UHGV virus genome: UHGV-0035288
Source of the DNA: a virus
DNA: 44,443 nt
Direction: 5' to 3' (one strand)
The notes below the pieces were generated by a model. That model was not told where the DNA came from, did not search any database, and saw only the letters and a program-made list of their open reading frames with translations. Position 1 is the stretch's first letter; each line of letters starts with the position of its first letter. The position numbers were made by a program, and so were the translations under genes. Positions 17,679 through 26,379 of the stretch are shown here, piece after piece.

Positions 17679-18179
17679 TCACCCCCGGAATACGTCAAAA
17701 TTACCCGCTGCGTTGCCGTCGGAGTCAATCCAGTGGCCCAGCAAGCCATCCCACCACGGGAACGAGACACCGCTACCAATCGTCGCAGGGTCATATTCCA
17801 TCGTGATCGGGCCAACAGTTTCGCGGATAGTCTCCTTACCACTGCCAACAGGAGAAATATCGACCTCGTCCGCCACCAACATCGCCAACCTGTAAACGGC
17901 TTGCTCGACGGCAATGGGGATTGATGCAAAATCTACGATCTGCCCTGCAGGCACTACTGCCACAACTTCAGTGAGCGTGTCGCGCACCGGCTTACCGTCC
18001 GATGGGTAATTAAGGCGGGGCCATGCGTCGATTCCGGTCTGGTCTGCTTGTTCGCCGATCCAGTTGATGCCGTTAAGGAAGTCGTTAACGATGGTAAGGT
18101 GTCGCGTTGCATCGCCTAGCGTAATTTCAACGCCTCGCGCAGCGGCATAATCGACAAAGGTTTGCGGGTCGCCATACAT
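17679..18179 (-). CDS. head-tail connector protein
   Basis: Track start 18209 lies inside the terminator hairpin; ATG at 18179 has AGGAG SD. 166 aa; first gene after capsid-gene terminator. Confidence 0.5.
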   Translation of the reverse strand: MYGDPQTFVDYAAARGVEITLGDATRHLTIVNDFLNGINWIGEQADQTGIDAWPRLNYPSDGKPVRDTLTEVVAVVPAGQIVDFASIPIAVEQAVYRLAMLVADEVDISPVGSGKETIRETVGPITMEYDPATIGSGVSFPWWDGLLGHWIDSDGNAAGNFDVFRG

Positions 18180-18194
18180 TGTATTCACTCCTGT

Positions 18195-18218
18195 AAAAAA
18201 GGCGGGCATAAGCCCGCC
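18195..18218 (-). terminator. rho-independent terminator after major capsid gene
   Basis: GGCGGGC-ATAA-GCCCGCC hairpin with T6 on minus strand, just below capsid stop at 18238. Confidence 0.7.
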
Positions 18219-18237
18219 CCTTTGGGATGTGCGCCTG

Positions 18238-19332
18238 TTAGGACGCAGTGGTCGCAGTCAGCGTAACCAGTACGCCCGCGGTTTCCTTGATGTTACGGGT
18301 TGGCACTGCCTGCGCTGTCTGCGTACGGCGGCGGCCTTTGGTATCGCTATCGCTGCCAACATCCTGCACGGTTGCCGGTGCGTTGTCTACCTGGCCCTGA
18401 TCCAGTTCCCAGTTGTCCTTAGTGGTGATATCGGACAGCTTGAACGAGCGGACGCCTTCGACAGGAGTACGAGCGGACGCCTTCAGACGATAGCCTTTAA
18501 CAGCCACGTTGAAGTCGAACTCGCCCTGCCACCAGCGCTCAATGTTCTCGTTGCCGCCTTTTTCCTGCGCCAGCATATCGAGGCCGTTGGTCGTAACTGC
18601 AACAGCGCCAGGGACCAGACCCAGCATTTTACCCGCGCCCATAGCATCGGCAGCGGCATCGGAGATAATGAAACGGCGGCCCAGGCCATCGCCCATTACC
18701 TGAAGATCGCCGATCGCGAATACCTGCTCGGCAGACGGGAGCGCCTGGTATGCAATGAAGTTTGCCCAGGTAACGCCGTCCATAAACCAGGATTTAATCA
18801 AAGACGCCTGATCGCCGAACTTAGAAGCCGCCAGCGGGAAGTCTGCCAGGGTAGGGAAGGTACGACCGCCGACACCATCAACGCGCGCCGGTTGGGTGTA
18901 TGCTGCCGCTGCGTTGCTCTCGATCGCCGCTTTACTCGCGCCGATACCTGCTTTCAGGTAATGCAGCATAATCGCCTGGGTAGCCTGTGCTGCAATCTCA
19001 GCCGCAACGCTGTTAACGTTGGTTTCGATTTTAGCCATCATGGCTTTCGTGATCGCAACCGGACCCACTTTCGCTGACAGGTTAACGGAGTTGGTCAGCA
19101 TACGCGCCAACACTTTCGCGTCTGCCGGAGTACCGACAGGGGCGTAGGCGTTACGGTCGGTAACGAGGTTGGCGATCAAGCCTACGGACATTTTTTCTAC
19201 AACGTCCTTCAGCACTTCACCCGTGCCGAGAACAACAGCACCGTTAGCGGCAGCGTTGAACACGTTCAGGTTATCGGGAATCATTTGCGTAACCGCGGTG
19301 ACGAGTTTACGCTGGAACACTGTTAAAGACAT
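18238..19332 (-). CDS. major capsid protein
   Basis: 364 aa; ATG 19332 with AAGGA SD; follows scaffold-like gene and precedes a strong terminator. Confidence 0.75.
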   Translation of the reverse strand: MSLTVFQRKLVTAVTQMIPDNLNVFNAAANGAVVLGTGEVLKDVVEKMSVGLIANLVTDRNAYAPVGTPADAKVLARMLTNSVNLSAKVGPVAITKAMMAKIETNVNSVAAEIAAQATQAIMLHYLKAGIGASKAAIESNAAAAYTQPARVDGVGGRTFPTLADFPLAASKFGDQASLIKSWFMDGVTWANFIAYQALPSAEQVFAIGDLQVMGDGLGRRFIISDAAADAMGAGKMLGLVPGAVAVTTNGLDMLAQEKGGNENIERWWQGEFDFNVAVKGYRLKASARTPVEGVRSFKLSDITTKDNWELDQGQVDNAPATVQDVGSDSDTKGRRRTQTAQAVPTRNIKETAGVLVTLTATTAS

Positions 19333-19397
19333 ATCGAAATCCTTTGAGTTGTGAGCATTCGCCCAGTACCGTTAATGTTACCTTAGATTTACGCGCT

Positions 19398-19428
19398 CGC
19401 AAAATTGCCCGCTTTCGCGGGCAATTTG
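19398..19428 (-). terminator. hairpin / partial terminator between scaffold and capsid genes
   Basis: AATTGCCCGC-TTTC-GCGGGCAATT palindrome at 19402-19427 with short T-run on minus strand. Confidence 0.4.
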
Positions 19429-19429
19429 C

Positions 19430-20131
19430 TTACTCGTCGCCCATTTTAGCGATGATTTCACCCGCCTGTTTCGTCAGGTCAGTGATGCCGAAGCTATGGC
19501 CCATCGTAATTTTAGACTTCACATCTTCGACGACTTGCGTCGGTTTGCTCGGCGCACCGCCGGCTGGCGTGCCTGCCAGGACGGATGCAAAATCGGCGTT
19601 ATTACGGAACTCTTTTTCAAGCTCTTCCATAGTCAGCGCGGACGGTTTGCCATCCTGCAAGACACGCACCTTCAAGCTGCCGTCTTCGCCGTCTTCCAGC
19701 GTCAGGCGGTCCATAACGTGGCGTTGCATGATGCCTGCATTCTTACCGAATAGCTTCGACGCCAGGTCTTTGGCAGCGCTGCCGATGGTTAGATCGTGGA
19801 TCTGCTTGCGGTAGGCTTCGATTTTTCCCGATGTGTCTGCTTCGTGTTTCGCAAACTTATCTTTCCAGGACTTGTCGATCGCTTCGAGGTCGCCATTTTT
19901 GCGCGCGGCGGCTTCCTCTTTCTCTTTCGCAAGGCGCTCGGCTTCGGCGCGACGTTCGGCTTCTGCTTTCTTCTCGCTAACCAGCTTCGCGTTATTGTCT
20001 TTCAGACCCTTAATCTCCGCCTGTACTTCTTCGGCGGTCATGAACGTTGATTTATACCCGTCACCATCGGCAACAAAAAGCGCCTTCATACCTTCCGGCA
20101 ACGCGTCATATTCTGCTTTAGTAAGTTTCAT
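19430..20131 (-). CDS. capsid scaffolding protein (coiled-coil)
   Basis: Start moved to ATG 20131 (AGGGGGAT SD). 233 aa with charged heptads (KKAEAERRAEAERLAKEKEE); directly upstream of capsid gene. Confidence 0.55.
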   Translation of the reverse strand: MKLTKAEYDALPEGMKALFVADGDGYKSTFMTAEEVQAEIKGLKDNNAKLVSEKKAEAERRAEAERLAKEKEEAAARKNGDLEAIDKSWKDKFAKHEADTSGKIEAYRKQIHDLTIGSAAKDLASKLFGKNAGIMQRHVMDRLTLEDGEDGSLKVRVLQDGKPSALTMEELEKEFRNNADFASVLAGTPAGGAPSKPTQVVEDVKSKITMGHSFGITDLTKQAGEIIAKMGDE

Positions 20132-20218
20132 GCTATCCCCCTGGGATTGTGGCAAAGCGGGCCACCCGCTTGACTTCACGCTTCTAATATTATCAGCGAT
20201 AAAAATAATCGCAAAATT

Positions 20219-20258
20219 CGCTTGCAATCCTTGTATTGGTTGCAATATATTGGTTGCA
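20219..20258 (+). promoter_or_regulatory. promoter region with two tandem TTGGTTGCA motifs upstream of moron
   Basis: TTGGTTGCA at 20236-20244 and 20250-20258; TTGCAA/TATATT hexamers; followed by CACCAACAACGAGGAC leader shared with region 30971-31000. Confidence 0.5.
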
Positions 20259-20280
20259 CACCAACAACGAGGACACAAAA

Positions 20281-21045
20281 ATGAGACTGACCAAAGGCAT
20301 TAAAAACCAGATTCTGGCTAACATTCTGCGCGACCACGAAATCGCTACCGAAGCCAAATCAATCATGACGGACTCGCGCGACCTGGCGTATGACATTACG
20401 TTGCACTGTATGCCGGTGGGCATTCATACGTTCGCCGAACTATTCGCACACATTGAAGCAATCAACGATGACCCGTCGCAGATGTACGGCGTCTGCGTAT
20501 ACACCAACAAGGCGACGTATAGTTATAACACCGACCGCCCCAAAGGTATTGGCAGCGTTTACGACGCCACTTTCGAAATCAACGCAGGCGGTAACGTTCG
20601 CACCTTGTCATTGAGCGGCGATGGGCACCGATACCGAGTACATCGCGGATACTGGGAGTATAAATACATGAATAAGCTATCTCCCGATCTCGGCGATATC
20701 GTACCGGGGTTCGAGGAAGTTATGTTGGCTTCGGTGTGTGAAGTGGACGAGGACGGAAAATCGCTTCCGATCTATAAGCCACGCTGCCGTGCTGATTTCC
20801 CGGCGGATCATGACTTCTGTAAGCGCTTGGACCGTAACGACCAGGCCCGCCGCGAATTGCGTGCGAAGTATGACGCATTCAAGTTGACCGTTACCGGTGT
20901 GCTTGACCTGCACAATACTGACAAGAAGCTGATTAAGGCATGGCCTGAAGTTGAGCAATTCATCCCTTACCCGGACAAGCCAAAATCCACGGCGGTGGCG
21001 CTGGATGTGAAAACTCTCAACGAGATTTGCGGTATTCCGCGCTAA
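20281..21045 (+). CDS. hypothetical protein encoded by a moron inside the structural module
   Basis: GAGGA SD then ATG 20281; 254 aa; opposite strand to all neighbours, own promoter motif and own terminator. Confidence 0.6.
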   Translation: MRLTKGIKNQILANILRDHEIATEAKSIMTDSRDLAYDITLHCMPVGIHTFAELFAHIEAINDDPSQMYGVCVYTNKATYSYNTDRPKGIGSVYDATFEINAGGNVRTLSLSGDGHRYRVHRGYWEYKYMNKLSPDLGDIVPGFEEVMLASVCEVDEDGKSLPIYKPRCRADFPADHDFCKRLDRNDQARRELRAKYDAFKLTVTGVLDLHNTDKKLIKAWPEVEQFIPYPDKPKSTAVALDVKTLNEICGIPR

Positions 21046-21046
21046 C

Positions 21047-21079
21047 GAAAAAGGGGCCATTACGGCCCCTTAATTATTT
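21047..21079. terminator. bidirectional terminator
   Basis: GGGGCC-ATTAC-GGCCCC hairpin (21053-21069) with A5 before and TTAATTATTT after; between convergent moron and spanin genes. Confidence 0.6.
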
Positions 21080-21290
21080 GCTGCAACTCCAGCACCTGCG
21101 CCCTTAGCTTCGCCCCGCATTCCATATTTTTCACGTCAATCATCAAATCCTCGTCGGGGTCTGCGGACGGGCTATCGAACTTGCACGGCGGTCGCAGTGC
21201 CGACTCCGTTAGCGGCATCAACGGCGCGTTGCTTGATCCGCACGCGCTCAGCATCAAAACTACAATCAGGGCGGTTAGGGCGCGTAACAT
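21060..21290 (-). CDS. Rz1: o-spanin (Rz1-like outer-membrane lipoprotein)
   Basis: ATG 21290 inside Rz-like gene in another frame; MLRALTALIVVLMLSACGSS signal with lipobox LSAC; Pro-rich mature part; 76 aa. Confidence 0.6.
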   Translation of the reverse strand: MLRALTALIVVLMLSACGSSNAPLMPLTESALRPPCKFDSPSADPDEDLMIDVKNMECGAKLRAQVLELQQIIKGP

Positions 21291-21501
21291 ATTTAACAAC
21301 CTCTTTCGTGATAGTCCGGTATTCCACGTCGCGGGCCTGTTCGGCCTGCACGGAGCGCTCCACAACTTTAGTTTGCTGCCGTTGGGCTTTGGCTTGCGCT
21401 TCTTGCGCCGCCTCCGCCACTACGCCAGCGCGATAGGAGTCACCTAGCCAGAATCCTACCGCCAGACCGATAACCAGTCCAATCGCTGCATATTTAATCA
21501 C
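21172..21501 (-). CDS. Rz: i-spanin (Rz-like)
   Basis: 109 aa; N-terminal transmembrane helix (MIKYAAIGLVIGLAVGFWL) then Ala/Gln/Glu-rich coiled coil; overlaps Rz1-like ORF. Confidence 0.6.
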   Translation of the reverse strand: MIKYAAIGLVIGLAVGFWLGDSYRAGVVAEAAQEAQAKAQRQQTKVVERSVQAEQARDVEYRTITKEVVKYVTRPNRPDCSFDAERVRIKQRAVDAANGVGTATAVQVR

Positions 21502-22597
21502 GCCATAACCCCCGGTTTTTAAGCTGAGCGATAGTCATTAGTTCGCCGGAATCGGTGAACATCTTCGGAACTTTCACTCCGCGAATAATCTGGTCGGCGC
21601 GTTGCACTCCGTATAATTCCTCCAGGATATGGCGCGGCTGGCGCTGCACCCATGAGAAGAAATCAGTCTGCGCGTCTACCTGCTCACTCAGCAATCTACC
21701 CGCGTCAGCCTTCAGTGCCGGACGCTTACCACTGGGCCAATCTTCCATGCCCTTGACTTTCCACGTCTCCGTCGACCGGCAGCAATAATGCAACTTGCCC
21801 GGACCAGCGCCATATTGTGACCCAGCCACCACTTTCCCGCCGCGCTTTCCTTTGGTGTCGGGAGTAACATCAACCGGATAAAACAGGCGATCGCGTAGCT
21901 GGCACATGGGAGAAGTATGCGTGTCCAATGTAGATAACCATTGGCGACCTTCGAGAATATCGTCATTTGCTTTTACCATTAGTTCGCGGGCGGTCGCCGC
22001 ATAGTGGTTGACTGCGGACTTAACAACGCTTGAGATGGCTTGCGCACTACGACCGCCTAGCGCGCGCCTCACGTCCGCGATAATTTCCATCGTTGGCTTG
22101 CCCTGGATGAATCCGGCGCGCACCTGATTACCTATCTGCGTCCTGGTCCACTCAGAAAGTGAGTCAGGCCATTGCATCATCGTATTACCCTGGAACGGGT
22201 TTTTCATTGCCGTCGCTGCGATCTGCGCACCGGTCACTACGCCAACCACCTCGACCGCCGGTACGGCGACCACCGGCTGGATCGCTGCCGTTAATGTGTC
22301 GGCGAGATAATCGGCCTCGGTGTCGGCGAACTCCTGAAGGCTTTCAGCCAACGCCTTAAACTCGGTGCGCAGTTCCGTTTTGACGGTTTTGTCGAGTTGC
22401 GTTAACAGAGTGGTAAGTGCCTTGTTGTTCATGGACTTTTTACCATCAAGTAACTCGGTCAGCTTACCCAGTAACGTGGGCCGGAACTTCTCCCACATAG
22501 CCAGCACCCTCCGCGCCTGGTCATTGCTCAGGCGCTGGGTGAAGATGTGACGGCGGATCATGCGATCCGCCATATATTGATTAATTGTCTTCGCCAT
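21494..22597 (-). CDS. head morphogenesis protein (minor head protein)
   Basis: 367 aa directly downstream of portal gene, overlapping it by 17 nt. Confidence 0.65.
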   Translation of the reverse strand: MAKTINQYMADRMIRRHIFTQRLSNDQARRVLAMWEKFRPTLLGKLTELLDGKKSMNNKALTTLLTQLDKTVKTELRTEFKALAESLQEFADTEADYLADTLTAAIQPVVAVPAVEVVGVVTGAQIAATAMKNPFQGNTMMQWPDSLSEWTRTQIGNQVRAGFIQGKPTMEIIADVRRALGGRSAQAISSVVKSAVNHYAATARELMVKANDDILEGRQWLSTLDTHTSPMCQLRDRLFYPVDVTPDTKGKRGGKVVAGSQYGAGPGKLHYCCRSTETWKVKGMEDWPSGKRPALKADAGRLLSEQVDAQTDFFSWVQRQPRHILEELYGVQRADQIIRGVKVPKMFTDSGELMTIAQLKNRGLWRD

Positions 22598-24101
22598 TGT
22601 CCGCTACCTCGTCCGGGGCTTCTTCGGTCGATTCTACCGCATCCGGGGACATTTGAGGCAATGGATTCTGATTTCGCAGTTCGTCTTCCACCTGCTCGAC
22701 GGTTTGCGAGTCATCAATAACGCCCTGGGCCATCATCCACTTGATAAAGTCAGCAAGTCGGACAGTACCGGTCTGCACACCTGCCATCATCGCGGTCATA
22801 AGCTGCGCATCAACCGTGATTTCAGTGTAGAACTTGTTCAGCGTTACGCGCTGGTCGGCGGTGTCGCCCGTGAACAGCTTAACGATTTGCAGCGCACGGT
22901 TGAAAGCCTTCTCGACGTTACCGGCAATCAGTGACAGGATACTGTTATCAGTCTGTGCATCATAAGCCGCCTCGGTTGCCGTCTTAGGTGCGGTCCCCTT
23001 CTCGACCAGGGCCGCGCCCAGTTTAGCCATTTGCAATTCGCGGCGCTCACACAGTGCAACAGACAAGTTGCGCTCCTCCGCCTGAAGCAGTTTGGCGTCC
23101 ATGTTCTGGCCCAAGATAACGCCCTTAGTTGCCCCGAGCGCGATTCCTCCTTTCAGGTTCTTGTCCGCCCATGATTGGGTCAGACCAGTCGCAATGAGTG
23201 TAGGTTGGCCCACGATGTGCGCAATCTCGGCGACGTCCGCTTCGGCGTTGTAGTGCTTAATGTTGATGGACGCAATATCCGCCAGCGGTGCGGCGTCCGG
23301 TGTCGCGTTGTTGTCCACAGCGCCACACCAGCAAAATGGCAGTTGAGTAAGCGCATTACCGGAGGCATCCACCAGCGGTACAAGATCGGTGCGGGTGAAT
23401 CCACGCGGCAAGTCCATTTGCACTTCTGACGTGTCCGCATTGTAAAACCAGCGTCGGGCGTGTGCCTTGCCGTCAATCATGCGAAGCTCGGTCCAGATGG
23501 TTACCTCGTGGTTTGCGAAGTCGTCCGGGTCTTCGGTGCTGATTTCGTCCGTTTCCTTCAGCACAATCAGCGTGTCGACGCCGTGGGTCTGCCGCCAGTT
23601 AATGATCTGTTCAGCCGTATACAGGCGGATAAGCGGGCGGTGTGCTGCCATTTCAGCGGCGGTCTGCGGTACTACGTTACCCAGTTCGTCAAAATGCGCC
23701 TGGCGGTCGTAGTCCACCATAAAACCGGCACGGCCTGATTGCAGCACTTCCGACATAGCGCCGCGCAGGAGTTGCGCCAGGGGCATCCCGCTGCCGTCTA
23801 CGTCTTCGATCAGGTCAGCCATTGCCCCGGAAAGGTCCATACTCACCGGTTTGGCGAAGGCGACACCTAACAGTGCATTCAGTGTGCGGGCGGTGGCGTT
23901 CAGGAATACCGCACGTTGCTTATACGCCTTATACCGTGCCCGTGATTTCGGGTCGGTGGTGTCGCCGCTGGCGGGGTGTGGCAGGTACAATGGTCCGCAC
24001 GCCTTCACGGCGCGCTCCCCTGCCACACAATCACGGATCATTTTCCACTCGGGCGCGATGCGCGCATAGAGCGGGTGCTGGTTGTCAACGTTAACGGTCA
24101 T
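22581..24101 (-). CDS. portal protein
   Basis: 506 aa; ATG 24101 with AAGGAAA SD; immediately downstream of terminase large subunit; acidic C-terminus. Confidence 0.8.
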   Translation of the reverse strand: MTVNVDNQHPLYARIAPEWKMIRDCVAGERAVKACGPLYLPHPASGDTTDPKSRARYKAYKQRAVFLNATARTLNALLGVAFAKPVSMDLSGAMADLIEDVDGSGMPLAQLLRGAMSEVLQSGRAGFMVDYDRQAHFDELGNVVPQTAAEMAAHRPLIRLYTAEQIINWRQTHGVDTLIVLKETDEISTEDPDDFANHEVTIWTELRMIDGKAHARRWFYNADTSEVQMDLPRGFTRTDLVPLVDASGNALTQLPFCWCGAVDNNATPDAAPLADIASINIKHYNAEADVAEIAHIVGQPTLIATGLTQSWADKNLKGGIALGATKGVILGQNMDAKLLQAEERNLSVALCERRELQMAKLGAALVEKGTAPKTATEAAYDAQTDNSILSLIAGNVEKAFNRALQIVKLFTGDTADQRVTLNKFYTEITVDAQLMTAMMAGVQTGTVRLADFIKWMMAQGVIDDSQTVEQVEDELRNQNPLPQMSPDAVESTEEAPDEVADNGEDN

Positions 24102-24112
24102 GGTCGGTTTCC

Positions 24113-25498
24113 TTAGTAGAAGTCTACGGTAGGAACAGCGGCGATTGGACGAATCACAGGGAACAGGTGCGCAATAGGGTATCCCGCTGCGTCATTCATG
24201 TGGTCCACTCCGGCAGTTTTATCCGGCTCGCCTTTCTTCAGGTCGTAAACCTGCTGTTCCAGACATTTCGCTAGTGTAGGGCATTTATCCAGGTTGACAA
24301 AATACTGGCGCACGCCCTTCGAGTTGCACATCATCGTATTCATCGCGATCAATCGGTCTTTCACAGGTGGGTTAACGCTGTCATATTCCACCTCGAAGCC
24401 AGCGTCTTCCAGTTGTGCGATATCGGACGACGACGCGTTGACCGTCTTGCGGGATTTGCCGCTGCTATCAGGGTAAACTACAACCTTACCGGCAGCGCAA
24501 TGATCGGGGTAGCGCTCCTCGATCGCTTCAATCATAGCCGGGGTATCAAACAGGTCCACGAATTCATCCACGGCGTGAATCTCGTCGCGGAACTCCTTGT
24601 TCTCGGCGGTGCGCTGCCGTCTTACATACACGACCGCCGCCATTTTCGTGACGTTAAAGTCCATACCGATAATCAGCGTGTCTTCCGGTTGTACTTCTTC
24701 GGTGCTGGCGTTCTCCTCGCGATTAAACATCTTGTACACCGCGCCCGACGTAAGGTTAACAAATAGGCCGTTCAGGTACGCGTCGATCAGGTTAGCCGGG
24801 TACTGACTGCGCAGCGTGTCGATAAAGTCTGCCGGTAAATGGTGGTTGTCGGTGGTCTTCGCCCGGATCAGGCGCTTTTGGCTATCCTTCTCCACCTCGA
24901 AAATTTGATACATTGCCCGGAAGCCTTCCGGCGTGGACACGATGACAAACTGACGGACCACGCCCGCACGCAGACGACCGAGCAATTTGTGATAAGCCGC
25001 CATTGCGACGTCTTGCTTCGTGGTGTCGAACTCGTCGGCAACAATCCACGCGGCGTTGACCCCGATCAGACGGGTATAGTTCTCCATTGATTCACAGATC
25101 ACGCGGGTCCATTTGCCTTTCACCAGAACGCTATAGATCTTGTCCTGCTTGTTGAACTTCCACCGGAAGCCAGCCTCGTCGAAAGCCTTCTCCAATTCTG
25201 GATACATGATTTTAACCAGGAGGGGAATAGTCGGTTCTGTAACGATGCCATCATGACCCGGGTTCAGGGTTAAAAGCTGGATTACCTTACGGGCCGCGAC
25301 CCATGACTTGCCGCCGCCGAAGCCGGAACACAGGCCGAGGATTTTAGTCTTCGTGTCCCGCAGTAGTTCGACCTGGTGCGGTAGGCAATCAGGCTGGTAA
25401 AGCCGCACCGCCTGCGCAACGCGTGTCGGGCGCGGTGGTCGGTTGCGCTTCGCGATCGCGCGTTCCAGTGCGCGGTGTTCTGCAGCATAGTTACGCAT
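24113..25498 (-). CDS. terL: terminase large subunit
   Basis: 461 aa; Walker A GLCSGFGGGKS and Walker B-like WIVADEFD; ATG overlaps terS stop. Confidence 0.85.
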   Translation of the reverse strand: MRNYAAEHRALERAIAKRNRPPRPTRVAQAVRLYQPDCLPHQVELLRDTKTKILGLCSGFGGGKSWVAARKVIQLLTLNPGHDGIVTEPTIPLLVKIMYPELEKAFDEAGFRWKFNKQDKIYSVLVKGKWTRVICESMENYTRLIGVNAAWIVADEFDTTKQDVAMAAYHKLLGRLRAGVVRQFVIVSTPEGFRAMYQIFEVEKDSQKRLIRAKTTDNHHLPADFIDTLRSQYPANLIDAYLNGLFVNLTSGAVYKMFNREENASTEEVQPEDTLIIGMDFNVTKMAAVVYVRRQRTAENKEFRDEIHAVDEFVDLFDTPAMIEAIEERYPDHCAAGKVVVYPDSSGKSRKTVNASSSDIAQLEDAGFEVEYDSVNPPVKDRLIAMNTMMCNSKGVRQYFVNLDKCPTLAKCLEQQVYDLKKGEPDKTAGVDHMNDAAGYPIAHLFPVIRPIAAVPTVDFY

Positions 25499-26049
25499 TA
25501 TTCGCCCTGGCCTTTGCCGGTAGGTTCGACAACGACGTCGCCGTTATCATCTTCGTCGTCATCCAGTGGGATATCGTCGCGTACTCCGTGGTTGGCTTTG
25601 AGCAGGAAGGTCGCGAAGCCCGCCGCGATAGTCACGCCGCCAGCTTCCATCAGGAAAGTTTTCTGCAATTCCATAGCGTCCGCCATAGCCTCGGCGAACT
25701 CCTCATGTGCGCGCGCCCAGCGGTACAGGCAGGCAACGCCCACACCGATTTCCGCGGCAAATCGGCCGAAGGTTGGCATTTTGTTACGAGGGATTACCTG
25801 CGCAGCGCCTTTATCGGAGTAATTGACCTGCCAGGCGTCGGCGTCGGCAAAATAGCGGCGAAGCTGGTCGCAGTAAACGGATCGGTAGTCAGTAGGGCGT
25901 CCACATTTGCCGCCTTTACGGCGCTTGCCGTACTCGATCTCAGGTCCGAGATTGGTATGCTCGGTTTGCTCGCCTGGTTTACGGCGCGGGGTTACTGCCA
26001 CTCGTCCGTCCAGTTTGGCGCGTCGGCCCTTAACTTTGATTTCTGCCAT
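25498..26049 (-). CDS. terS: terminase small subunit
   Basis: Start moved to ATG 26049 (MAEIKVKG...); 183 aa; basic N-terminus, acidic C-terminus; directly upstream of terL. Confidence 0.6.
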   Translation of the reverse strand: MAEIKVKGRRAKLDGRVAVTPRRKPGEQTEHTNLGPEIEYGKRRKGGKCGRPTDYRSVYCDQLRRYFADADAWQVNYSDKGAAQVIPRNKMPTFGRFAAEIGVGVACLYRWARAHEEFAEAMADAMELQKTFLMEAGGVTIAAGFATFLLKANHGVRDDIPLDDDEDDNGDVVVEPTGKGQGE

Positions 26050-26166
26050 GATATAAGCCCTTTTGTGCATATGCGCCGACCATCGGCAACATAGGAGACG
26101 GCCCTGCCATCTAATTGGGATTATAACAGGCACAAAAAAGCCCACCAAATCGGCAGGCTGGGAGGG

Positions 26167-26379
26167 TTAAACGTCACGCCCGTAGTATCGGGTTAACATG
26201 CTTTGTACTTCTCTTATCGCGCCTTCTGTGTAGCGTATTTGCGATAGTATCTCGATCCGTTCGCTGATAGACATGCCTACCGCCGCTGCCGTTCGTTCGA
26301 ATCGGCGCAAGCCTTCGAGTTGTTTGCGTAGTTCTTTCAGGCGATCGGCCTGCGTGCTCATGAATACTTGTCTAATCAT
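26167..26379 (-). CDS. hypothetical small protein
   Basis: 70 aa; ATG 26379 overlaps upstream stop (ATGA). Confidence 0.4.
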   Translation of the reverse strand: MIRQVFMSTQADRLKELRKQLEGLRRFERTAAAVGMSISERIEILSQIRYTEGAIREVQSMLTRYYGRDV

